Part shown: positions 21,588-32,226 of the stretch, in pieces | Layout: every line of letters begins with the position of its first letter | How positions within the stretch are numbered: the first letter of the stretch is position 1 | Origin: Saprolegnia diclina VS20 | Lineage: Eukaryota | DNA length: 40,579 nucleotides | Assembly: GCF_000281045.1 (NCBI RefSeq) | Contig: NW_008246101.1 | Coordinates: forward strand, 311,495-352,073 | Direction: 5' to 3' | The notes under the pieces: generated by a model | Told to the model about the DNA's origin: nothing | Seen by the model: only the letters and a program-made list of their open reading frames with translations | Database searches by the model: none | Program-made: the position numbers and the translations under genes

Positions 21588-23026
21588 CTACAAGACTTTG
21601 GTATGCTCGAGCTTTGTGACTTCTGGCTCGATCTCATCGTCGAGGAGGCTCTTGATGGGGCAAATTTGAATGTTCATTTCGGCCGAGACGGTCACGATCG
21701 CGTTCTTCGGCACCTAGTTGGCGATGCAGTCTACGAGGACTAGCAATCGAATGGTACCTCGAGCCAGTCGCCCGGCTCGTTGGACAAGCGCTCGGACGCC
21801 ATGACAAACACCTTCTCTTCCTTGTTGTGCTATACCATCGGCGTAAGACGACTCGAAGCAGCCGCGCATGGCTCTACCCGCTGCATGATGTACTCCTTGG
21901 GCCGCTCCACAGACCGGATCCAGCGCGACCCGGACGAAAAGTAGAGCGACGCAGCCCCCGACGACGCGACGTTGACGTAGCGCGTCCTACGACGCGTGAG
22001 CCGTCATGACACAACGTGTCACTGGGTCCTACGCAATGAGCGTGTCCCCGTCCGTGACGGCAAAGTTGAGCAGCGACGGCTCCGTGATCTCAGCTTCCCT
22101 AGAAGATGCTATGGACGATCATATCGCACCGCAGAGGTCGTACCGGGAGAGGGCGTTGAGGATTTTGATCGTGTTGAACATAGCGTGGCGCATCTCCTTG
22201 CCGGTGAACTCGCCTTCGAGCGGCCCGAGCTTCTCGAGCTCCGTGAGGTACAGCGCAAAGCTAGCATGCATCAACATTAGGAGTTTGCAGGTATAAGAAC
22301 GACGTGTACCAGTGCTCCGAGTCGGTGCTGCCGCGAATCATATCGTACGCCACGTCGCTACGCAGGTCGTTGAGAGCAATCGCCCGAGACGGCGCCGCAC
22401 CTGAGGCGGTCGACGAGCTTGCGCTTGATCTTGTTAAAGTCGGCAACACCGCTACGCACCGTTCATGAGATCACAAACCACGAGAGGTACCATTACCCGT
22501 TGTGCATGAAGAGGTATTTGTCGAACGTGAACGGGTGGCAGTTGGTCTCGGACGTGAGCGACCCGATCGAGGCGGCGCGGACGTGGGCGAAAAAGAGCGG
22601 CGAACTACGTACGACCATGGCACCACGTGCGACGATGGAGCGGCGCATCTACCTCACTTTGTCGGCGAGCTGCACCAAGTTGCGGTTGTTCCACGCGGGC
22701 GAGATGCTCGTAAAGACACACGGCGTCTCGTACTCGCGGTCGCGCGGGACGACGACGCCGTCGACCGAGTCCGAATGGCGGCGCTGCTTCTTGGGCGACG
22801 GCATGTCGTCGTCGTGACGCCGCTTCTTGCTGCTGTAGAGCTTCTCGGCGTACCAGCCAATGCCAAAGCCATCGGCGTTGAGCGTCGGCGGGAGGCCCGT
22901 GTTGTGGAAGCGCTCCGTGCAGCTGTAGCTCTGGTGGATGATGCTGTGCTTGGGCTTGACGATGAGGTCGGCGAGCAGGATCGACTGCTCGAGGCCCAGG
23001 CCCTTGTAGATCGTCATGCGGCACAT
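21588..23026 (-). CDS. Class II glutamine amidotransferase / Ntn-hydrolase, DUG3/EgtC-like (multi-exon)
   Basis: N-terminal MCR (Ntn Cys2), HSIIHQS, NADGFGIGWY, PAWNNRNL, FAHVRAAS, NCHPF, FMHNG, GSTDSE, LLNFAVTDG, SLYFSSG, ASERL; last exon VPKNAIV..KVL* ends at 21588. Confidence 0.85.
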
Positions 23027-23572
23027 GCTGGCTCCAGCCCGTCAATGCGAAAATACTCGATAACCGCTCCGAGTTGCCATTTTGACTGGCTCTTTGTATG
23101 TCGAAATGACCTTTTTTCATCTGGACGCAGCGACCTTGCCCCTCCGCGCGGCAGGACGACGCAAGCAGCCGCCGCCGCAGAAAGCAGCTTCGCCGCCGAC
23201 GCCGATACCGGCCATGCCAACGAGGGATCGTTGGCCGCCGTGAGGCCCACGACGAGGACGGAGCTTGCTTCGACCGAACCGAATTGGGGAGCGGTAGGAC
23301 CCAGGTGCAAGTCACTCGCACATGGGCAATGAGGGAAGTTCCTCTTGCAAAATCGTTCCCGCCATCTCCGATACACCCCACACGCCGGTGGAAGATCACA
23401 CCGCTGCGATTGGTGGCGTACGTGGTGACGAGCGCGTCGTCACGTTGCCACTTTGCTTCGCAACCGACGTGGCGTGCGCAAGACGACAGCGCGCGAAGGA
23501 AGTCAAGAAGGATGCTATTGGTGGACACGACGCAGGGTAGACGTATAGGAGGAGGCGCTACGCATGCTGTGG

Positions 23573-24439
23573 CTAATTGCAGTCGCAGCGACCGCCGGTC
23601 GGCGGTGGGGCAGCCAACGTGGTGGCATCGAGCCGGATGATGTCGCGACTGCTCACGGCGTCGGGCTTGTCGTCGACTGCAGCCTCGTCATACTCGTCGT
23701 TGGCTTGCTTGGCGCGGTGGCGCTGCACCATGCGCGTCACGAGAAGGTCCATGGCCTCGTCGACCTTCTCGCCGCTCTTGGCGGAGACGCGGAACCAGTC
23801 TTCGATGCCGGTCGTAGTCACCATTTTTTGAATCGCGACGCCCGACTCGAGGGCTTGGGGCACGTCGAGCAGCAAGTCGCACTTGTTGGCGACGAGCAGA
23901 ACGGGAAAGGGTGTCGACGATGAATCGCAACACGCGTCGAGCTCGCGCTTCCAGTCGACGACCGCTGCGATCGTCGGCTCGCTCGTGATGTCGCACACAA
24001 TGACCGCAGCGTCGGCATGGGCAAAGTACCGCCGCGTGAGGTGCGCGAACCGGTCTTGGCCGGCGATGTCCCAGATCTGGAGGCACACGTCCAGCGTGTC
24101 GTCGATAGCAATCGTCTTGTCGCTGTAGTCGGCGCCGACCGTCGTTTTGTAAATGTCGGCAAACGTGCCATGCACGAAGCGGCGAATGAGGCTCGTCTTC
24201 CCACTCTTCGCCATGCCGACGACCAGCACCTTGAACATGGCAAAGTCCTTGCCGTCAAGGCCATCGCCTTCTTCTTCGTCTTCGGACGTGTACTCGTCGT
24301 CATACTCGACATGCGTCGCTTCGACCTCGTCGGCGTCATCCGCTTCGGGCCCAGCTGCCACGGAGTCAGCCTTCTTATCGGCAAAGACCGAGCTCGGTCG
24401 CGCCTCGGCGTCGCACTGGTTGTCAAAGCGCATTGCCAT
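23573..24439 (-). CDS. Rab GTPase, Rab32/38/29-like, with acidic N-terminal extension
   Basis: FKVLVVG..SGKTS, YKTTVGAD, WDIAGQDRF (the WDIAGQ variant marks the Rab32 clade), VANKCD, WF.VSAK and C-terminal CDCN. Confidence 0.85.
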   Translation of the reverse strand: MAMRFDNQCDAEARPSSVFADKKADSVAAGPEADDADEVEATHVEYDDEYTSEDEEEGDGLDGKDFAMFKVLVVGMAKSGKTSLIRRFVHGTFADIYKTTVGADYSDKTIAIDDTLDVCLQIWDIAGQDRFAHLTRRYFAHADAAVIVCDITSEPTIAAVVDWKRELDACCDSSSTPFPVLLVANKCDLLLDVPQALESGVAIQKMVTTTGIEDWFRVSAKSGEKVDEAMDLLVTRMVQRHRAKQANDEYDEAAVDDKPDAVSSRDIIRLDATTLAAPPPTGGRCDCN

Positions 24440-25186
24440 GGTGGGAGAGACGGCGGCGTTCGAGTTGCACACCGATCTTTGAAGTGGCCGTTGTGTCACA
24501 TGGCCGCCACATTATCCGGAACTCGTCCATTTCATCCGGAAAAGGTACCACCGGACGAGATCTTGAACGGTCGCCGGCAACGCGACGATTGCGCGCAAGA
24601 CGAGCAAGATAAAAGGACTCGTTACGGACGACGTCTCGTGCTGAGAATGGAACGTGATCTCCTGCGTGTGCTTGATTGCAGGCTTAAATGGGCGAATCGG
24701 AAGTAAGCCATAGGTCGTGCGGCCAGACCTGCGCCCATGACGCCCGTCTTGGTCTCGATGCGGTCAGCGCGTTGTCCTACCGCACAGCCACAAGGTCGTT
24801 CGTTGCTGCCACAAAGTTTCAAGCTTGATTGCCCATCTTTGGCAGTTTTTAAGATTTAGAGTGAGAAATTAACCCTTCACGCCCAATTTTTGAAGACTAC
24901 GGATCGTGTAAAGCGGACAAGCCAGTATGTCCGGAAGCAAGCCCGCCGCAGAGCGCGATCGACCGGTTTGCAAATGATTGGTAGGTCCCATGGACGAGCC
25001 CTACCTGTACGTATACTTGGTATCGTTGCCACGCTCCTCGGGCGTCGTGCCGTTTTAGCAATATACATTGTGACAGGTTTAATGGAATGCAAACATACAG
25101 GATATGTACTATGACAGGTCGGCGAAAAGATGCATTTTAAGAGGGGATTGGCTGGTCGGTGCTGAGACCTATTTTTTGTGGTGCCA

Positions 25187-25510
25187 ATGAGCTCGAACGC
25201 CCCGTCCACAGACTCGACCGCCTTGACGTGCGCGGCGCCGATCTTCGGGAAGGAGTGCGCGGGCGTGAACAAGGCCTTCCTCATCTGCAAGAGCAAGGAC
25301 GAGAACCCTCGCGCGTGCTTGATCCCGGGCGAAGCCGTCACCACGTGCGTGCTCAAGACGCTCCGGACGCTCGAGACGCACTGCGGGCCGTCGTACACGG
25401 CGTACAAGAACGCCATGGACAAGAACTGGCACGAGCTCAAGCTCTGCCGTAAGGAGCAGGCGGCCATGGAGGCGTGCTACCGGGACTGGAAGGCCACGCA
25501 GCAGCAGTAG
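25187..25510 (+). CDS. NDUFA8: Complex I accessory subunit NDUFA8-like (CX9C protein)
   Basis: 107 aa with CAGVNKAFLIC, CLIPGEAVTTC and CRKEQAAMEAC, plus NxAFLxCK..DENPxxC..G..VT.C, matching plant/animal NDUFA8. Confidence 0.85.
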   Translation: MSSNAPSTDSTALTCAAPIFGKECAGVNKAFLICKSKDENPRACLIPGEAVTTCVLKTLRTLETHCGPSYTAYKNAMDKNWHELKLCRKEQAAMEACYRDWKATQQQ

Positions 25511-25568
25511 AGTCGTTGTGTGTGTTTTAAACGCGGCCAAATATGCTACCGATCGCATCTCGCCTCTC

Positions 25569-28416
25569 TCACAACGACCGCAGGAACGCGACGCGGTCTG
25601 CAATCGTCTTGGAGAGACGCTCGAGACTCGCCTTTTGCGCCGACTCGACCTTGTCCTTGATGGCTGCGTCGCCATCGACGCGAACGTGCACTTGGCGCAG
25701 CGCTTTGTCGCCCGACGTGAGCAGCGTCGTCGTCTTGAGCACGAGCTGTCGCAAGAGCTCCGAGACGTCCTTCTGGACAGGGTCCTTGGTCTTCTTCTTG
25801 GGCTTCAAGAGCTTCATCGCGACCGAAAGCAGCATTGCGCTGTACGGAATGACATCGCGAAGGAAGATGGACGCCTTGGAGAGCGCATGGGCGGCGACGA
25901 CGCCGTCGACCGCTTGCAGCTGCAGCGCTGTCACCGTCGGAACCACGGATGCGAGACGGTCCAGCGCCGCCTTGGCGCGCGGCAGGTCGCTAGCAACCAC
26001 CGCCTCCAGCGCCTGCGACGCCTCGTTGACGAGCTGCCACTCGGCCGTCAAGGGCGCGACTGTCAGCACGCTCAACAGCCGCTGCAGCGTCGTCACATGC
26101 GTGGCCGTCTACCAGAGTCATATTGCATGTCACGCCACATCGAGACGTGTCTACCTCGGGCGATGCGTCGAGCGCGGCCGCCAGCAGCTTGGGCACAACC
26201 GCACGGAGCTCCAGCCACGCCCGAAGGCTCGTGCTGTCGCGCGTCCGGTCGCAGCTCGAGACGCCCGCTGAAGCAAAGAGGTACGCGCCGTCCTACATCA
26301 AGTTCTCACAATCAAAGATTGCGAGTTTCTTCAAACGTGCCTTGGTGGTCGGGGCCGTCCACGTCACTTCAACTTCGCGGTGGTGGTTGGCCGAGAGCGT
26401 CGCTTCCGAAGCCAGCAACCCGTCGAGCTCGGCCTGCAGCGACGGGTCCCCGAGGTGGCTGTGGAGATACGTCGCCGACGAGCATGCAGTGAGGAGCTGC
26501 GCGTGCGCGAGCTCGGCGGTCGCGAGCGCCAGCATCTCGGACCGGCGCATCTTGCAGAGCAGGAAGGACGTCATGTCTTGCGCCTTGGAGTAGACGCCGA
26601 GACGGTACGCGCGGCCAATGAACTCGGGCGTGTCGCGCGACGTGGTCTTATGCAGCGCGCGGATCGACTCGCAGAGGCGAAGCCCGTCCTTGTCCATCTG
26701 CAGGCCAAAGAGGCCGTCGAGCACAAGGTACGAGAGCGAGTCGAGCTGGATCTGCTTGATGTCGAGCTCCTTATAGCGGCTCAAGACCGCGTCGCCCGCG
26801 CCAAGCAGCGCATACACGCGGCAGAGCAGCATCTTCATCTGGAAGTTGTACGCACTGCGACTCAGCCCGAGCTCCAACGCGGCCGCGGCTTGCACGAGAA
26901 GGTCGGCGGACGACGCGACGGTATAGGCGTCCAAGTGCAAGTGCACGGCCAGCAGCAGCAGATCGTCCGTGACTTGCACCTCGCGCTGCCCGCCGACCTT
27001 GGCTTCGTTGAGCCACTGAGCAGCGTCGTACTCGGCCAGGTACGCATTCGCTTTGGCGACGAGGTCGTCGCGCGAGAGGCTTGCGTCTTGGCCAAGGAAC
27101 CGGAGCGTCTTGCGCGACAGCAAGCTCTTGCGAAACTGCAGCGTCGCGCCAGGAAGGTCGGTCGCCGTCAGCGTCGTCGAGAGCGAGCTCGAGATCGAAG
27201 CGACCAGCGCCGCGCGCGCGCCGTCCGGCAGCGCTGTCAGGTACCGCTGCACGTCGGTGAAGCAGCACGTCTTGCTCGCAAACCGCTCGAGATACGCGAG
27301 GAGGAGCGGCAGCAACGTGCGCTGCACGGCCGCGTCGTCCGTCTTTGCTACGTGCTGGAACTGCAGCTCAATTTCCGCCAAGTACGGCCCGCGGAGCCGG
27401 TTGCCGTTCGCCGTTTGAAGCGCCGTGATCACGGGCAATACGGAGTCGGGCGCCTTGGCCGCCTCGATCAAGCCACACCAGAACGCCCAGTCGTCCGCGT
27501 TGTATGTCGTGAGCAGCTTCTCGTAGACAGCCGCGCACCGTTCGAGGTCGCCGACGTCCTTGGCCAGGCCCGCCTCGAGCACGAGGCGGTCGATGGCTTG
27601 CATCGGGCCGAGGTCGATCTCGTCTTCCGTGACGCCTTCGCCTTCGAGAGCGCGGGGCTTGGTCGTTGGCGCTTCGTCCGTCTCGAGTACGTGAATGAAC
27701 TCGGTGAACGCTTCCATGGCGTCGGCCGGCTTGCCTTGGGCCTGCAGCAAGAGCACGAGGAGCGAGACGGCCTCGCCGTTGGCGTCGGCCGGGTGGTCGC
27801 GGAGGGCTTTTGCGAGCATCTTGTCGGCAAGCGGCAGCATCTTCATCGGCAACGACTTTTCGATCGTGACTTGCAGGAGCATGCTCAAGCACGCCCAGCC
27901 TACCACGGTCCTATAGGATTGCCAAGCGAAGAAGCGAGCGTACCGACGTATTGGAGCTTGTTGAACGTCTTGTACATCTTGAAGCCGAGCTGCTGCTGCT
28001 TGGCGAGCATGAGCGATCGCGTGTACACTTGGAAGAGCTGCGCTTGGAGCTCTTCGTTCGTCGGCTGAAGGACGGCGGCGTTCTCGTAGACGGGCAGCAT
28101 CTCGTGGGCGGCGCCGCAGAGCTTGAAGACGAGCTGCATCGTGCTCAGAATCGTCTCTTCCGTCGGCTTCTTGAGCGCAATGCGGCGAACGATCCGGAGC
28201 GCGTCGTCGATCTTGCCAATGCGCTCGAGGCAGTGCGCTTGGAGCACCTGGACAAGGTCGATGTCGCACACCTTCTTCTGGTTGCAGAGCTTGATAGCGT
28301 TCTTGTACTGGCGGTTGTCGATGGCGTCGTAAATGGGGCGGATGAACCGCATGATCTACCTCGCATCAAGCACCGAGCGCATCACCAGGAAGAGCTACCG
28401 TCATCTCGTCGGCCAT
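25569..28416 (-). CDS. NAA25: N-terminal acetyltransferase B auxiliary subunit (NAA25/MDM20)
   Basis: MADEMT|IMRFIRPIYDAIDNRQYKNAIKLC, DDWAFW, LRGPYLAEIE, FASKTCCFTDV, SAYNFQMKMLL and LDIKQIQLDSL; several short introns. Confidence 0.9.
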
Positions 28417-28776
28417 GATGGCTGGTCGGTCGATGCTTGCAAAATCCACTGCTCGTTTTCGTGTGGTGGGCGTGAAATAGTGTGATGCCACACGTGTCAA
28501 GGCGGCCTCATGCCTCGAATTGAGGCTTCCATCCTCCACATCCTGCCTACCTGCAAGTGCGCTCCAATGCACCCAAGCGCAGTAAGCGCACGTGCGAGCC
28601 AACGTCCTTTCCCTCGACCGCCATGCCCTCTGCAATGTAACACACTATATTCTGGTTGAGTTGCATACACGATTTCACGTGAGCATGCATGAAATAGTGT
28701 AGTTGGCGAACTTTACGGAGCGCGTGGCGTTTTCGAGGTGGACAGCATTTTCAACGACGCAGCCAGCAGCAGCAGC

Positions 28777-29340
28777 ATGAACCAGTTCCCCGGCGTCACG
28801 AGCATGACCGAGCTCCTCGACAGTACGACGCGGATGGCCCATGCGCCCATGGCAGGATGCTACTGACCATGGCGGCTACGCTACGTAGAGCAGATGCTCG
28901 TCGTCCTGCGCGACGGCCGCCACCTCGTTGGCGTCTTCCGCAGCTTTGACCAATACTGTGCGTGGTCGTCGCCCGTACCTCGATGCCTCACGACGCGCAT
29001 GTGTAGCCAACATTGTGCTGCAAGATACATGCGAGCGCCACGTCGTCGGCAACACGTACTGCGATATCCCGCTGGGGCTCTACATCATTCGGTATGTCCA
29101 TCTCGGGTGTTCATCATCATCATCATGCATCCTGCAGCGGCGAAAACATTGTCATCATGGGCGAATTGGTACCAACGACAACCGACTACGATGCTGACGC
29201 TGTCGTCATAGGACCAGGAGAAGGAGGCGAGCCAGGTCAACTTGATCAAGAAGACGCCGGAGGAAGTCCTCGCCGCCGAGGCCGACCTCCACGACACGGG
29301 CGCGGTCACGGTCCGTGGCACGTGGAACTTTGACGACTAA
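28777..29340 (+). CDS. LSM1: Sm-like protein LSM1
   Basis: SMTELLD|KQMLVVLRDGRHLVGVFRSFDQY|SNIVLQDTCER..DIPLGLYIIR|GENIVIMGEL|D; four short introns. Confidence 0.88.
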
Positions 29341-29424
29341 GAACTCCTTGTCCAACATGTAAACACACAATAGTACATTACTATAGATACGCCCTTGCTG
29401 CTTCCTACTTCTAGTCCTGTCGTC

Positions 29425-30612
29425 CTAAATGACCGTCTCGTGGCGCGGGTCCATGTCGCCGGACGGGTCCATCGTCAAGCTCGCGTTCACGTCGTGCACC
29501 ATGTGGGCGTGCAAGTGGTGCGACTGCATCTCCATCATCTGCATGTTGATCAGATGCTGCTGCGCTTGCACCGCGGCCTGGACCGCGTCTTCGCCTGCGA
29601 CCTCGTCCACGAGTGCCTGCAGCTGCAGCGCGGTCGTGTTGCCGGGGTTGAGGTGGTATCGGGAGCAAAAGCGGCGGTACCAACCAGCGCTAGCTTTGAA
29701 CGCGACCATGTTGTACTTGGGCGCAATCTCCAGCGCCTTCTTGCGCACAAAGGTCGAGCTCATGCGCGACTCGTGCGACTGCAAGTCAAAGATGACGCGG
29801 TACAGCTCGTCCTCAAAGGCTGCGTTCCCAAGCTTCGAGCCGCGCTGGCGCAAGTCGCGTACGTGCTTGTTCCCGAGCATGTACCGCTTTTGGACCTCGC
29901 TCTTGTTCTTGCGCAGCTTGCGGATCGCCGACTCGGAGATGCCATACCGGAGCGCGAGCTCGACGTGCGTGACCTTGGTGCCAGTTTCGATGACTTGGAG
30001 GATCTCCATGCGCTCCTTGTCTGTGAGGCGCTTGCCCGTGCCACGCTTCTTGGGCTCTTGCATCGCCATGGACGCCGATGGCGACGGCGCGACCATGCGG
30101 GCCATCGCGCGCTCTTCGTCCGTGTCGACGCCAGCTAGAAGCATATGAGACGCTGGCGGCCGAGGCGATGCCGCGGTACCGATGATCTTCTTGTCGAGGG
30201 TGAGGTTGTTCATGCGGGTCGTGCGGGCGGCTGCGACCTTGGACACGGCGGCCATCGGCAGCTTGACGAGGATGTGAATCCGCTCGTCTTCCGGGCGGAC
30301 TTCAAAGTACTTGCGCAGCTTGGAGAAGACCGTCATCTCCTCGACGAGGCCGCCCACTTGCATCTGCAGCACGATCTGTGCGGCCGGCTTTTCCAGCTTT
30401 TGCAAAATGTTGGCGTCGAGCGGCTGCACGTTGCGGCAGCGGTACAGCACGAGCTCGTCGGCCTCGAGGTCGCCAAAGGTCCGCGGCTTCTCGCGCAGGA
30501 TGGCCTGCTTGAGCTCGCCGACGAGGTCCGAGGTTGACGTCACGACGACGAACGGGCCCTCCTTCTTGCCCGTGCCCACAAGGAGGCAGACGACCACGAG
30601 CTTCTCGTCCAT
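29425..30612 (-). CDS. Crinkler (CRN)-type N-terminal header fused to CENP-B/Tc5-type double HTH DNA-binding domain
   Basis: Header: LVVVCLLVG..PFVV...VGELKQAI..KP......ADELVLYRC (LxLFLAK-like) ... IHILVKLP (HVLVxxP-like). HTH1 KRLTDKERMEIL..VELALRYGISESAIRKLRKNK; HTH2 FEDELY..VRKKALEIA..FKASAGWYRRFCSRYHL; Q/H/M-rich tail. Probable 45-nt intron at 30135-30179. Confidence 0.8.
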   Translation of the reverse strand: MDEKLVVVCLLVGTGKKEGPFVVVTSTSDLVGELKQAILREKPRTFGDLEADELVLYRCRNVQPLDANILQKLEKPAAQIVLQMQVGGLVEEMTVFSKLRKYFEVRPEDERIHILVKLPMAAVSKVAAARTTRMNNLTLDKKIIGTAASPRPPASHMLLAGVDTDEERAMARMVAPSPSASMAMQEPKKRGTGKRLTDKERMEILQVIETGTKVTHVELALRYGISESAIRKLRKNKSEVQKRYMLGNKHVRDLRQRGSKLGNAAFEDELYRVIFDLQSHESRMSSTFVRKKALEIAPKYNMVAFKASAGWYRRFCSRYHLNPGNTTALQLQALVDEVAGEDAVQAAVQAQQHLINMQMMEMQSHHLHAHMVHDVNASLTMDPSGDMDPRHETVI

Positions 30613-32226
30613 GCTTCTGACTTCTCTTTCACAGACCTGCGAGCCAGTGACTTTTTTACTCTGCGCCTCTCTATACCATACAGTCGCCCATACTATTGGG
30701 CCCTTCCTCCGCCGCGCCCGCCCGCGTCGCCACGAGGAGCGCCGTCGATCGCCATCGCTCGCCCACGGCGTGCTCCAACTCAACTGCTGAGGTGCGTTAA
30801 GTGCTAAGTCCCCCGTCCTCGGCGCCGCCCGCGCATACAGAAACAAAGAGTAGCGCAAATTCCGCGTACTTAGGACGTCGCCGCCGGTTTTACGCGGGCG
30901 CGACGAGGGGTAGGGCTCGTCCCGATACGTTGATACTAGGCGCTTGCCCTGCAGAAGCGATGGGTGCTGATCAAAGAGCAAGGTGCTGCCTACTGAGATC
31001 TTCTTACGATACCACGAGACGCTCGACCCCCAGTAACGTTCGAACACGTCGGTGCGTCACCCGTCGCCGCCACGGTGGCAGCCCTTTGCGCAGCGTGCTT
31101 GACCACGCAATGTAGCCAGCTCTGCTGCCGAACGATCTCGTTCATCTACATGGGCCCGCCAGGCGCCGAGACCACGTCACTCTTGCCTGCGCCACCCTCA
31201 CGTCCTCATATATGAACGAGCGTGTTTCGAGGCTCTTCATTACATAGCCTTAGCATATGTAGAGGCGCTTGTGGCCGACAGTGAGCAACACGCTTCGTCA
31301 CAGGCTTCACAACGCAATCGTCCTCATCGCAATGCAAGTATAATCTTAGTCATCTTAGTGCTGCGGTCGTGGTGTCGAGTCCGCTGGTTCCGATCGATCG
31401 AAAAGGACGCGCTTCTACGAATCGTCCATCAAACTCGAGCACTGCGATGGGCAGACAAGCCGAAGTGATGGAAGAGCGCTTCCCTCGAATTTACCACCTT
31501 GGAATTTGGGCACAGATTATATCATCCACCACCCGTGGATATCATTTTCGTTGGGCTCATCGATGACACAGGGAGCGGTGACTGGTGACGTCAAAGCTAG
31601 AACGGGCAACGGGTGGACGCCACGAATCGAACGACGCAACTGGAATCTTTGACGCAAAAACGTGCTTGGAGCTGCGTAGATAGCACCGAGGGTCGGTCGT
31701 CGGTGGGCAGCAGAGGCGCCGCATCACAAGAGTTTATGGACTACTCGTGCTCATCAGAAGTAAGTAGCCCCATCCACTTGATCCCAGCACTTTCAAACCG
31801 AGGTAATAGTACGAGTACGTGTATTGGTCCATAGGTAGCGAGTTTGATCGACCAACTTGCTCCAGCTCGGACGCCAAGCGATCTTCTTGGGGTGGAATTG
31901 AGAATTCCTCAGGGGGTGTTACCTACGGCAGCATACACACAGCTATCAGCGCGCTATCAGCTCGTCAAATAGCAGGGCCACGAGCTATCACGATCAACTG
32001 CGAGGTCCTCGCCGTGGCGGCTTGGCACTCTCGCGCCTCCGAGTCTGCTGCGCGAGCGCAAGGCGAGGTGCGAGAAGCTTCGTTTTTCGAGCGTCAAGCT
32101 GGGACATAGAATGCACCTCGAAGTACCAACGGCAACTTCGCGTGCCACGGCTGTGTGCAGCACATAAATCGAAGTTCGAACTTGGCCGCGACCAGGTCCC
32201 GCAGGTGCCATTTCTGCACCAGCACG

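Noticed and set aside
23030..23570. ORFs between the DUG3-like and Rab genes (e.g. 22605-23528, 23014-23376)
   Set aside because: Partly out-of-frame overlaps with the DUG3-like gene; no ATG-anchored model or recognisable domain.
24500..24830. Possible tiny spliced minus-strand gene, or TPP-riboswitch-like ctgaga motif
   Set aside because: No convincing start exon, and the remaining TPP aptamer motifs are absent.
26380..28068. 562-aa plus-strand ORF (and similar long antisense ORFs at 34670-36142, 12372-13811, 9781-10899, 7189-8154, 20343-21311)
   Set aside because: Shadow frames opposite well-supported genes. GC3-rich codon usage suppresses antisense stops, and the translations are R/V/A/G-rich with no motifs.
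30613..31047. 145-aa N-terminal extension of the CRN ORF given by the ORF track
   Set aside because: Non-ATG start and low-complexity promoter-like sequence. The CRN header begins naturally at ATG 30612.
31700..31780. Minus-strand CTGATGAG followed by a weak hairpin (hammerhead-like start)
   Set aside because: No GAAA core after stem II and no stem I/III pairing.
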